Positions 30,301 through 42,743 of a DNA stretch of 64,000 nt are shown here, piece after piece. Position numbers and translations under genes: made by a program. Source of the DNA: Tubulanus polymorphus (Eukaryota; Animalia; Nemertea); the NCBI RefSeq assembly GCF_964204645.1, contig NC_134026.1, positions 31,644,250-31,708,249 on the forward strand, written 5' to 3'. The notes under the pieces are model-generated. The model saw nothing but the letters and a program-made list of their open reading frames with translations, was not told the origin of the DNA and made no database searches. Numbering within the stretch: the first letter of the stretch is position 1; every line of letters begins with the position of its first letter.

Positions 30301-33300
30301 AGATAATTGTTGACGTAATTCGGCCTCGAATTGACTTTTAGCAGCTTCATCCTGGAAATAGAGGGAGCAAAACGGGTCAAATCAATCTGGGTCCAATTTC
30401 ACGAAATATTTCAAACCGATCTTGGACAAACAGATTCTATTAAAGTTAAAACTAACCCATTGTTGTTTTTCTAATTGTAATAAACCTCGTTGTTTTTCAA
30501 GTTCTTGTTTTATTTTCTGCTCTGTAATCAACTCATCCTCCTCTCTCTGCCGTTGTAAAGCCATCTCAATTGATTCCTCTTGTAAAACCTGTTGTTTTAA
30601 CAGCTGTTTTTGAAGTTGTTCTATTCTACGGTGAGCGTGAGCTATCAATGAATTCAATTCTTCTTCCGTCAATTTCTTACCTTCAAAATAATCAAATAAA
30701 TATTAGATTTTCACATCCATTAAGTACAACTGTAAGCATCCATGAGGGGTGGTGGGGGGTGGTAGGAGGTGCTGGGGGAGAGGGGGGTTTGTGATTAGTA
30801 GCTGGTTTAGTCTCACTATGTGTATTATCAGGTATAACATATCAAGTTTTGGCGTGGCTGTCTGAATAAAACTAAGGTTAAGGTCATCAGCAAGGGATAA
30901 ATGGGGATGAGAGGGGTGGGTGCGTCTGCTGACCTTTTCGACCTAGTTTCACGTCAGGTGTAATACTCGCTAACTCTTTTTGGAATTGTTTTTTTCCCTG
31001 TTCGACTAAATCTTTAAATTCATGCATCAATCTCGCCGATGACTCGGCTTTACGAGTTCTCGCTATAGACTGTTCCAATTCATACGACAGATCATTCAGA
31101 TTTTTCTGGGCCGCTGATAATATCTTGTTGCCGCGGGTGATTTTATTTTCTCGACCCTCGTCGATCGCCGTTCGTAATTTCTCGATATTTAATCTGAAAA
31201 TTACAAACACCGTAGTTACAATAAGAAATCATGGTAACATTACCAACCAATAGTAACAATATGAAACGATAGTAACAATGAGAAACCGTGGTGATAAATG
31301 ATTTAGCGCGTGTACGGCGGTATTTTACCTAGCATTGTTAGTCGCACGCTCAGCGTTAGTTACTGCTAAAATCTGTTCCTCAAACGCCTTAGAAACGTCT
31401 TTCCACTGATTATCATCATTCTCTTCCTCCATTGCTTTCTTTAATAATTCATAATGCTGTTTAATGTGCGATTCGGCGTTATTCTGAGCTACTAGCGCCC
31501 CCTGGACGGTACTCTTAGACGAGCAGATTAAATCATCAACAATCGCTTCTATAGCTACAATAAATACAACAATAAACGTCGATTAGCGACACGATCGGGA
31601 GAGAGGGGGAGAGGGGGGAGAGAGAGGGAGAGGAGGGAGGAGAGAGAGAGAGGGGAGAAATATGGGGAGGGAGAGATGGGGAGGGAGGGAGAGATGGGGA
31701 GGGAGGGAGAGGGGAGGGGAGAGAGGGAGGGGAGAGAGGGTGAGGGAGGGGGAGAGGGAGAGAGAGGGAGAGAGGGATGGGGAGGGAGAGATGGGGAGGG
31801 AGAGGGAGAGGGAGAGGGGAGGGGAGAGGGAGAGGGAGGGGGGAGAGGAGAGGGGGAGGGAGGGGAGAGAGGAGAGGGAGAGGGAGGGGAGGAGAGAGAG
31901 AGGGGAGAGGGAGAGGGAGGGGAGAGAGGGGGAGGGAGAGGGAGAGGGAGAGGGAGAGGGAGAGAGAGGGAGAGAGAGGGAGAGAGAGGGAGGGGGAGAG
32001 AGAGGAGAGGGGGGAGAGGAGAGAGAGGGAGAGGAGAGAGAGGAGAGAGGGGGGAGGGAGAGGGAGGGGGAGAGAGGGAGGGGAGGGGGAGGGGGAGAGG
32101 GGGAGGGAGGGGAGAGGGAGAGAGAGGAGGAGAGAGAGAGATCACGATCTGTGAAATACTGACCTAGATTTTCAGCAGCTTCTTCAGCCTCTTTATCTCT
32201 GATTCGTCTCTCAGCCTCTGATAATGTTACAGGAGGAGGTGATGGATCTATAATAAAACACGTCCGATATTCATTCATCGTCTCAGCCTGAAATACGTTT
32301 TATCACGATTAAAGAGATCTAACAAACCTTTTTTGATTTCTTGTTTCTTCGTTTCAACTTTTTGAGGTTCGGTTATTTGTTTTCCATCTGTTCTGAACAC
32401 TTTCACCGCAGGTTTTTTGGTAGCCTGGAAACAACAATAGCAGATATCAACAAACGTCACCGAGGTGAGCGACTCGAGGGCAGCATTTACCGGACATAGA
32501 AAAAACAAACCTCATCCGGTTTAGACGTCGATTCTTTGAAAGCTATTGATTCTTTTTTCACCGATTCCTTATCAATCGATTCTAAACCTTTAGTTACATC
32601 ATTATCTCTAAAAATAATGAATCAACATCAAATTAGTGTTCACAGTATAACGTGTGCCTGTAGGAGGCTGGAGGCAGGTTATCTGTCTCTGACCTGTAGG
32701 AGGCTGGAGGCAGGTTATCTGTCTCTGACCTGTAGGAGGCTGGAGGCAGGTCACCTGTCTGACCTGTAGGAGGCTGGAGGCAGGTTATCTGTCTCTGACC
32801 TGTAGGAGGCTGGAGGCAGGTTATCTGCCTGACCTGTAGGAGGCTGGAGGCAGGTTATCTGTCTCTGACCTGTAGGAGGCTGGAGGCAGGTTATCTGTCT
32901 CTGACCTGTAGGAGGCTGGAGGCAGGTCACCTGTCTGACCTGTAGGAGGCTGGAGGCAGGTTATCTGTCTCTGACCTGTAGGAGGCTGGAGGCAGGTTAT
33001 CTGTCTGACCTGTAGGAGGCTGGAGGCAGGTTATCTGTCTCTGACCTGTAGGAGGCTGGAGGCAGGTCACCTGTCTGACCTGTAGGAGGCTGGAGGCAGG
33101 TTATCTGTCTCTGACCTGTAGGAGGCTGGAGGCAGGTTATCTGCCTGACCTGTAGGAGGCTGGAGGCAGGTTATCTGTCTCTGACCTGTAGGAGGCTGGA
33201 GGCAGGTTATCTGTCTCTGACCTGTAGGAGGCTGGAGGCAGGTTATCTGTCTCTTACCTGTAGGAGGCTGGAGGCAGGTCACCTGCCTGACCTGTAGGAG

Positions 33301-34896
33301 GCTGGAGGCAGGTTATCTGTCTCTGACCTGTAGGAGGCTGGAGGCAGGTTATCTGTCTCTGACCTGTAGGAGGCTGGAGGCAGGTCACCTGTCTGACCTG
33401 TAGGAGGCTGGAGGCAGGTTATCTGTCTCTGACCTGTAGGAGGCTGGAGGCAGGTTATCTGTCTCTGACCTGTAGGAGGCTGGAGGCAGGTTATCTGTCT
33501 GACCTGTAGGAGGCTGAAGGCAGGTCACCTGTCTGACCTGTAGGAGGCTGGAGGCAGGTTATCTGTCTCTGACCTGTAGGAGGCTGGAGGCAGGTTATCT
33601 GTCTCTTACCTGTAGGAGGCTGGAGGCAGGTCACCTGTCTGACCTGTAGGAGGCTGGAGGCAGGTTATCTGTCTCTGACCTGTAGGAGGCTGGAGGCAGG
33701 TTATCTGTCTCTGACCTGTAGGAGGCTGGAGGCAGGTCACCTGTCTGACCTGTAGGAGGCTGGAGGCAGGTCACCTGTCTGACCTGTAGGAGGCTGGAGG
33801 CAGACAGGTTATCTGTCTCTGACCTGTAGGAGGCTGGAGGCAGGTTATCTGTCTGACCTGTAGGAGGCTGGAGGCAGACAGGTTATCTGTCTCTGACCTG
33901 TAGGAGGCTGAAAGCAGGTCACCTGCCTGACCTGTAGGAGGCTGGAGGCAGGTCACCTGCCTGACCTGTAGGAGGCTGGAGGCAGGTCAAATTGTAATCG
34001 CGTGGTAAGGCAGATGCTATTCAAGGACCATAACCATGATTTTAAGAATTTGAGAGCCCATTTTACATTACTCAAGGCTTTGAATTGACCCAATACCATT
34101 TCATGACCACCATGAAACTTGCAGGTGATTCCAGGCTCCACAGGAATGGCGTGAGGCTGCAGGGGGTGGTTCCAGACTAAAGAGGGATAGCTCCAGATAA
34201 AAGGGGAGACTGAAGGGGGTTTAACTTACGTGGTAGAAACTCCAGGTATTTTAGGAACACGTATTGACGGGAAATCTGAAGGCATATACTCGAAAGCGTA
34301 TTCTAAAGCCTGTTTCGAATACGGGACGTTTTTCTCAACTTTTTCCCGGAATTCCATGTCGTAAGCTGCATATCCAATTATACCAGTAAAACCTATCGCT
34401 CCAACTCCAATCACTTTCATCGTAAAACTTAATAATCCTCTGAAATTTACAGACGACAGTTACTCAATCACTGAAACACCTGACAAAAGGGGGCAGGTCA
34501 GTCACTGGAGGCTAGATTCCAGATTAGTGACTTACTTTTTCTTGCGAGGTTTTGGAGGGGGAGGTTTCACGGTTTCTGGTTGAGGTGGTGTTTTCATGGA
34601 TTCTGTATTCATCCATCTCTGAGCAGATTTACTACTTGAGCCAGATATCACTGAACATCTCTTTGAATATAAAAAAAACAATTTCATACATCCAACAATC
34701 CTTCTCTGCTCTGGCAGGTGAGGAAATTTAACAAAATTCATTTATACGCGTTAAAATAATAAATTCCTCTTCTTCACAAAGTATCGAGAAGATTTGGCCC
34801 TTAATGCGTTAATCATTAACTAACTCCTATTGGTAATTCACTGATAAATGCATTAATTACCCGTAAATTTGTGGAAATTCCAGAAACCCGTAACAT
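27378..34896 (-). CDS. IMMT: MICOS complex subunit MIC60 / mitofilin, multi-exon
   Basis: Presequence MLRVSGISTNLR (34861-34896), TM segment VIGVGAIGFTGIIGYAAYD..FREKVEKNVPY, FQKELASITP, LTEEELNSLIAHAHRRIEQLQKQL, LSRQAAAHSDHLADVL, mitofilin domain ending GVRFMSQLTGEARNVAADWIKEAILYLETKQ. Confidence 0.95.
28080..30055. repeat. ~2-kb pure-purine 18-bp minisatellite in a MIC60 intron
   Basis: (gagggagagaggagRgaa)n; almost only G and A on the + strand. Confidence 0.95.
31597..32140. repeat. GA-rich low-complexity intron tract
   Basis: Degenerate (gagg/gaga)n. Confidence 0.9.
32656..33987. repeat. 34-36-bp intronic minisatellite (~38 copies)
   Basis: (gacctgtaggaggctggaggcaggttatctgtctct)n. Confidence 0.95.
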
Positions 34897-35099
34897 TTTG
34901 ATGGAAGGTCACGTCCCGGCTACCTCAAGGTCATTCGATTTCTCAACTAAAAACTAACGATTTAATTCAATGACTTGACTTTATCAATGATATTTTATTC
35001 ACTAATTAATTAAAATTAATATGGAGAAAAAAGCTAAGAATAATAATTAAAACAAGCAATTAAATGTAATAAAAGGTGTATTGAATTGATAAATCCAAT

Positions 35100-35958
35100 A
35101 TGGCGGGTATTTGTCGATTTCTGCTTCAGAAAGGTAAATAAATCATCAATTATTTGCTTAATGTTCCGTTCACCTATTTATGTGCCATATTTTCTGTTAC
35201 TTGTAGCTGTTTTGCACTCGATTAATTTATTTCTATTTGGTTTTTGTGACAAAATGATCTAGAAACAACTGAAAATCTCCCGGAATCTTACTCAATTCAA
35301 TTAAAATTGTACTTTATTGATATCTTTTTTAGCTTCTGGTTTGGCTCGTCCGTTTCTACCGACAGCATCAACTCAAAGCCTGACAACGATTTTACAATCA
35401 CAAAATTTAATGACAGCTTCAACATCAAAACAAAGGTAAGAAAGAACTGCCCCCTGGTGGCAGGCTACTGGCACTGGAGGCTGTACCGACTTTTCCCCAA
35501 TCATGGTCTATACAGTAGGCTTTTCTAATGGACCACACTGCCATTGAATCAATATGTTGGCAAAAACGATAGATTTGATTTTTATTTATAGTTTGTTGCT
35601 TCAAGTGAAGATGGCGCCACAGTTGGAGTTGAGTAGATCACGCGTGACGTGTTCGATAAGGAACGGTAAACCTAAAACTGTGCACGCAGTCGTAAACAGG
35701 TTCTACAGATTACAGAGTGGTAACTGGATCCGACCAATGACTGGACGCAAGAAAAAACTGTGGAAAAAATTTGAATCAACTCGAGTTAATCTTAGAAATC
35801 ATGTGTTTACGAATGCGAAACAGAGCCATACTCACGATAAAATGGTTTGTCATTTCTGGAAAAAACAACGTTATTTCCCCGATGATATTTATGAACGTTA
35901 TCAATATAGAACTAATTTTCCGCTAGGAAAAGTAAAAACTCCCAAATTTTTACCGTGA
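35100..35958 (+). CDS. MRPL35: Mitochondrial ribosomal protein bL35m, 3 exons
   Basis: MAGICRFLLQK presequence; last exon GKPKTVHAVVNRFYRLQSGNWIRPMTGRKKKLWKK...HVFTNAKQSHTHDKMVCHFWKKQRYFPDDIYERY. Confidence 0.92.
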
Positions 35959-36227
35959 TTGTTAAATGAAGATGTATGCGAAAAACAACAAAGAAATGTC
36001 AAATTAAAAATAAATCATTTTTATTGTTAAAAAGATTTTCTAATATCCATAATTCTCGCATTCCGCGGTAGAAATAGCGAGGTTATTTGCGCTAAACCGC
36101 CGTTATATGCTGCCGCGGGATATGACTAGGACAGTAACCAGTCCAAAGTCTACGCAGACCACCAGGAACCAGTCCATAAAAATAGGGGGCGCAGTATTGA
36201 ATTAGAGTAGTTACCGTTTTCTGCAAC

Positions 36228-36384
36228 CTGGGCCAAATTCGGTTTTCGTATCTAGTCGAATTAGTGGTCGGAACTAATAACCGAATACGCTTGATTTTCG
36301 AACTATTTCCGGAATATAGTTCCGACTAACGGACATTCGGTTTCGTTTAGTTCGACTAACTCAGAAAACCGAAGTTGAGCCCTG
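36228..36384. mobile_element. Probable MITE
   Basis: ctgggccaaattcggttttc ... gaaaaccgaagttgagccctg inverted ends with internal (tagtcgaa/ttcgacta) repeats. Confidence 0.55.
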
Positions 36385-37439
36385 TCTATGAGTATAGGGG
36401 GGCGCGCAACATTGAATTACACTGGTAGCCCATTCACTAGGGGCGAACTCTTTTATTGGTCATGTGACTATTTGGAGTCTCCGAAACCTCCTTTCTGTCG
36501 AGGTGGTGTGATTCGGATTTTGTGTGGAGCCAACCGGAGATTTCGAACAGAGACCACAAAAGAGTACGCCCTAGGACCAGTCTTGGAATATAGAGGGCGC
36601 GCAGTATTGAATTAGACTGGTTTCCGTACACTGGACAGGTAACCAGTCCATGAATATAGAACGAGTTTAGTGGAGAGATGATTATCAGTTTCAAATTAAA
36701 TACAATTGCGAGACCTAATTAAGCTTAGTTCCAAGTTGCTATAGTATAGATTAGGATTTAAGAAATGGCTGGCTGTTCACTAAGGCCAACTGCAACCAAT
36801 GTAACAACTTAGAACTAATCTTAATATTTTAGGGCGCATTTAAGACTAAAGTTTGACTAAACATTAAACTCTGCTCCATGGTCTAAACTACAATGTATAT
36901 AACAGCGGATCAAGAATTTTGGAGGAAGTTGACATAAAAATCTTGAGCGGATCACGTGATTGAATCACCACAGATCGCGCTGAATAAACAACACAACACA
37001 ATAATAAATACATTTATTCAGGTTTACAAAATAGATTCAGCGATTTCAGTTTCTGTGAACTTGTTCTACGACACCAGGGGCCACGTTGCATAGTCATGAC
37101 TTAAGACTTAAGACCAAACTAAGACCACTTTTGAACTTAAGTCACGACTGCAATAAGCCAGCTGTATAACGTCTCTAATTCTATAAATGACAACCACGTT
37201 TTGATTGATGAGAGTTAAAATAAAAAATTAGTATTTATTTTATTAGAGATGAGATAGAAGTGATTGTGCAAGAGGTTTAGAGGTGATTGTGCAAGAGATT
37301 TAGAGGTGATTGTGCAAGAGGTTTAGAGGTGATTGTGCAAGATATTTTATCAAAACATGGCTGTAACTGATAAAATTAAAGAACAGTGACTGTTCTCAAG
37401 TTCATTCACAAACAGAAAATCAATCATACAATTATACTG

Positions 37440-39640
37440 GCAAACTGTTATCGCTGGTCATTGCCTAGCTATTGGTCATCCCTGGTCTTCTGGCAATTGG
37501 TCATCACTAGTAGTTGGTAAATTGGTCATCCCGGGTCTTCTGCAGGTAATTGGTCATCTCCTAACAGGTTAAAACAAAATGTAGAATCATTAAATCAGTC
37601 AATCTAGTCGGGTAAGATGCAGCTCCAACAGTTACTGAGAAGCTGAAACCGAGGTGAACTAAAGACTCAACGTTACCTGACCTCCTTCAGAGCGGGCAAT
37701 CTGTGATTGCAGGAGGACTGATTGCTTCCTCAGGATGCACACTGCTACTGAGGAGGAGGCAGAACTAGATGATGATGATGACGATGATGATGATGAGGCA
37801 GAACTAGTGTGATTTATCTAAATTATACCCATACACAAGTAATACATACCGTTAATGTGTGAAGCTGACTGTGAAAATCAGTTGTATATCAGATTCTACA
37901 ACTCCTCAGCAATGATTGACACTGAAATGAAAATAACAGATTCTTCAATTTATCAAATTCATGAAATAAACTGTTGAAATTCTGTTGTCATACACATACC
38001 AGTTATCGTGTGGAGTTGAAAATGTTCAGGATCAGAATTCAGTTTATCTCCTAAAAGATTAAAACAAATTGGAGAATCATTAACTATGAAATAAGTGTTT
38101 CAGATAAACTGTTATTGAATTAGTCTCTGTCGACATACGTGACATGTCTGAATAAACCAGTGGAATCTGTGGAACCAGTGGAATCTGTGGAACCAGTGGA
38201 ATCTGTGGAACCAGTGGAATCTGTGGAATCTGTGGAACCAGTGGAATCTGTGGAACCAGTGGAATCTGTGGAACCAGTGGAATCTGTGGAACCAGTGGAA
38301 CCAGTGGAATCTGTGGAACCAGTGGAATCTGTGGAACCAGTGGAATCTGTGGAACCAGTGGAATCTGTGGAACCAGTGGAATCTGTGGAACCAGTGGAAT
38401 CTGTAGATTCATCCTGTACCCTTCACATTATAATGATGAACACTGAACTGAAAAAACAAATTCTTAATGACATCAATTTATCAGATTCTATTACAGGAAA
38501 CCATGAAATGTATTGATGGAGGAGTTGGAGATGTTCAGGACCAGATTTCAGTTTATCTTCTAACAGACTAAAACAAAATGTCGAATGATTATAACGGTTA
38601 TTGAATTTGTCTCCAGCAAGTATCTGTATCCATCTTCAGCTCACTTCACACACAGCTATAGATCAGAGTTCCTTACAGCGACCACTGAATCAACCTAATC
38701 ATTACAACTGAAATAATGATAACACATTCTATATGAATACATATGAAGCACATCTGAAACCAAAGTGATAGAAAAATAGAAAGTTGTAAAATGTTTTCTG
38801 ACGCAGTTTGATTTGTGTCAGATTGTAACTGTAGAAGTTTCACTCATTGTTTCAGTCTAATAGAGATATAACTGATGTACATGTAACATTGACTGTGTAA
38901 CACTGCTGTTATTTATTCACTCATTCCTCCTCAGTTTGAAGAATGTTTGTTCTCTCATCTTCATTAGCGATAAGAATCATTCTCATCGTGTAACTACAAC
39001 ATCGTAACATTTCTACTTATTCAATCATAGAGGGAATGAGGAGTATGGCGCTTGGGTATGGAATGAGACAGGGTATGGGAGTTGACGCGTTAGGGGAGGA
39101 TAGGACAATGTGATGAGGTAAGGTCAGGTTGGATGATGCAGGGTTGTTTGATATGGCTGGATTAGATGATCGGTTTAATATAGAACTGTTTGGGGTGGGT
39201 GTATGTGGTAGTGTACGATGTATAGTTAGGGAGGTGTATGATAACGGATTGAAAGGTTGCTGGTAGAGGGCGGTACAGGTGTGATGCTGGTATGGTATGT
39301 GTAAGGTAGGGGGCGGTGTGTGAAGAGTGTTAAGGATAGGGTAAGGTACAGTTAGAGTAATATGAAAGTGTAAGTTTGGGTAATACGGGGTCAGGATGTT
39401 TGGTGTTGTTGAGGTGAGGGTGAGGTCGGGGGTGGTGTCTGTGGAAGGTTGGGAGGTACGTGATGTGATATAAGGGGTGGAGCTAGGACAGTACAGAGTG
39501 TGATGAGTGATTGATGGGGTCAGTCCGTCTCTCAGCCTCCTCCAGGCTGCTCCCTTTAGACATCTCAATGCTTCTCCAACCCTCCCAATCCCTCAAACTA
39601 CTCCTCAATTCCATGTGAAATACTAGGAGATGATACCTGC
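37440..39640 (-). pseudogene. Decayed spliced gene or lncRNA of unknown family
   Basis: Ordered minus-strand acceptors and donors (e.g. exons ~37850-37921 and ~37678-37817) and internally duplicated peptide-like segments (ETNSITV; DKLNSDPEHFQL / DKLKSGPEHLQL), but the 37850-37921 exon has stops in all three frames. Confidence 0.35.
38155..38405. repeat. 18-bp tandem repeat
   Basis: (accagtggaatctgtgga)n. Confidence 0.9.
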
Positions 39641-42600
39641 AACATATTGAATATTAAGACACCATCAAAACAGTGATAAATCAGTAACAGTATTTTACAT
39701 GTGTGTCACATGATTCATTTTAACAAGTGAACGATTCATGAAGCAAATGACGGCAAAATCTTCTGATTCACAAATATCTGAATAGTTTTTACCCAACTAC
39801 AAGCTTTACAAATAGCAAACTGGTGGGAAATAGACTCTGAACCCACAATTAAATTATTCAAGATTTTCTGTGAGTTATTTCTCTTATATTTATCACGTTA
39901 CGCCCAGTGATACATTAAACTCAGCCTCTCTCTCACTCTCTCACTCTCACACACTTTCTTCTTTGCCATTTTTTGCAAACATTTTTAAGCACGTGAGGTA
40001 GGAATAGACCACTGCCCGCTCTCTAAGCCAGCAGTGGACTACCCTTTGGACTCCACTTTTGTGCTTGGTGGCTTTAAGCTCACCTTTTTTGAGTCGAGGT
40101 AGGAATAGACCCCTGCCCGCCATCTAGGCGTGCAGGACACTAAACCTTCGAATTGCTCTCGGACCCCACTCTTTTCATGTTCTTTCTTTTTCTTATGGCT
40201 CTCTCTATTTCTCTCTCTCTCTCTCTCTCTCTCCTTGCTATGTGTCAGTACCACCCGGCAGTAAGTGTATATATAGGAAATATAGTAATTGAACTGGGTT
40301 TAAATCCATCTCAATCAGTGCTTTTAAAACCAGTAGTAGTGCAGCAGTTCACTATAGTCAATCAGAATCATTGTTTGATGATTATATTGTTTATTTGCAG
40401 CACCATTTGTTCCATGAAACAAGTTTCAATTCCTAAATGAATCGATGAATTCAATCTTCAATAGCATCATTCTCGATGTATCTCATATAGAGATTGTGGA
40501 ATAGTAAGCGCGGGAAGGAGGAAGGGAAGGAGGTAAAGAAGGTAACACCCTGTACTGTCCTAGCTCCACCCCTTATATCACATCACGTACCTCCGAACCT
40601 TCCACAGACACCACCCCAACCTCACCCTCACCTCAACAACACCAAACATCCTGACCCCGCATTACCCAAACTTATACTTTCATATTACTCTAACTGTACC
40701 TTACTCTATCCTTAAAACTCTACACACACCGCCCCCTACCTTACACATACCATACCAACATCACTACTACACATCCTCACTCGCCAGGGTTTTGTTGCCT
40801 TTCACTGAAACTCACAAACACTGATCGAACTTCCTTCATAGGTCTATAACTAGTCGCTAGTGAGCGAGTACCCATCTAATGAAAACCAGCAATTGCGTGG
40901 CTCATGCCGATCGCCAGTGAATGAGTACCCATCTAATGAAAACCAGCAACTGTGTGGCTCATGCCGGTCGCTAGTGAGTGAGTACCCATCTAATGAAAAC
41001 CAGCAACTGCGTGGCTCATGCCGGTCGCTAGTGAGTGAGTACCCATCTAATGAAAACCAGCAACTGCGTGGCTCATGCCGGTCGCCAGTGAGCGAGTACC
41101 CATCTAATGAAAACCAGCAACTGTGTGGCTCATGTCGGTCGCTAGTGAGTGAGTACCCATCTAATGAAAACCAGCAACTGCGTGGCTCATGCCGGTCGCC
41201 AGTGAGCGAGTACCCATCTAATGAAAACCAGCAACTATGTGGCTCATGCCGGTCGCTAGTGAGCGAGTACCCATCTAATGAAAACCAGCAACTGTGTGGC
41301 TCATGTCGGTCGCCAGTGAGCGAGTACCCATCTAATGAAAACCAGCAACTGTGTGGCTCATGCCGGTCACTAGTGAGTGAGTACCCATCTAATGAAAACC
41401 AGCAACTGCGTGGCTCATGTCGGTCGCTAGTGAGCGAGTACCCATCTTATGAAAACCAGCAACTGTGTGACTCATGTCGGTCGCTAGTGAGCGAGTACCC
41501 ATCTTATGAAAACCAGCAACTGTGTGGCTCATGCCGGTCGCTAGTGAGTGAGTATCCATCTAATGAAAACCAGCAACTGCGTGGTCTCTAATCGCTGTGT
41601 CGATGTAGGCTAGGCTTAAGACCACTGCCGGGCGAACAGGTCAAAGGGTTGGGCGGGTGGAGAGTGGGTGGATTGCCGTGTGGGCAGACAGGTCACATGA
41701 TTAGACCTTGACCCTTGACCTGTGGACGAACTCAGACAAATACAATGATTTCCTGTGATGTTGTTTTCCCGATCTGGAACTCAGCATTCTCCGCTGCTGA
41801 CATCAACTTACCCTTTATCGACGTTTATTGAAGGATATTTGCCAACAGTAAAACATGTTCACCTCATTGTGACTGGCATCACTGGTTTCCCTTACCGAGG
41901 GTCCAACACAAGAATAAAGTTGTGGTCAGCGTTTGTGTAGACGTGAGCTTCAGCAGGAAGCAACCCGAGCTCTGGTGAGTGAGGATGCTACTGTACCCTC
42001 TACCAGCAATCTTTCAATCCGTTATCATACACCCTCCGAACATACACACCGTACACTACCACATACATCACTTACCCCCAAACAGTTCTATATTAAACTC
42101 ATCATCGAATCCAACCACATCAAATAACCCTGCATCATCCAACCGACCTTACCTCATCACATTACACTATCCTACCCTAACGGTCAACTACACCATACCC
42201 TGCCCCATTCCATACCCAAACCTCATACAACTCATTCCCTCTATGATTGAATAAGTAGAAATGTTACGATGTTGTAGTTACACCGATGAGAATGATTCTT
42301 ATCACTAATGAAGATGAGGGAACAAACATTCTTCAAACTGAGGAGGAATGAGTGAATAAATAACACAGTCAGTGTTACATGTACATCAGTTATATCTCTA
42401 TTAGACTGAAACAATGAGTGAAACTTCTACAGTTACAATCTGACACAAATCAAACTGCGTCAGAAAACATTTTACAACTTTCTATTTTTCTATCACTTTG
42501 GTTTCAGATGTGCTTCATATGTATTCATATAGAATGTGTTATCATTATTTCAGTTGTTACGATTAGGTTGATTCAGTGGTCGCTGTAAGGAACTCTGATC

Positions 42601-42743
42601 TATAGCTGTGTGTGAAGTGAGCTGAAGATGGATACAGATACTTGCTGGAGACAAATTCAATAACCGTTATAATCATTCGACATTTTGTTTTAGTCTGTTT
42701 GGAAATAAACTGAATTTTGATCCTGAATATCTTCAACTCCTCC
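38517..42743. repeat. Large inverted duplication: left arm ~38517-39495; right arm ~40535-40771 plus ~41988-42743
   Basis: Near-identical reverse complements, e.g. 38620 gtatctgtatccatcttcagctcacttcacacacagctatagatcagag vs 42595-42645, and 39000 atcgtaacatttctacttattcaatcatagaggg vs 42237-42272. Confidence 0.92.
40772..41987. mobile_element. Non-autonomous DNA transposon, ~44-bp imperfect TIRs, probable 8-bp TSD, internal 60-bp x ~12 array
   Basis: catcctcactcgccagggt... / ...gctctggtgagtgaggatg; flanks ctactaca / ctactgta. The paralogous left arm lacks the insertion. Array at 40855-41585. Confidence 0.85.

Noticed and set aside
31555-32278. Pro/Ser- and Gly/Glu/Arg-rich ORFs
   Set aside because: Low-complexity GA tract within a MIC60 intron; only 32165-32247 is exonic.
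40860-41591. 243-aa Cys-containing repeat ORF; also a CTAATGA-hairpin resembling a hammerhead core
   Set aside because: The ORF is the 60-bp array inside a non-autonomous transposon. The core lacks CUGA and GAAA, so it is not called a ribozyme.
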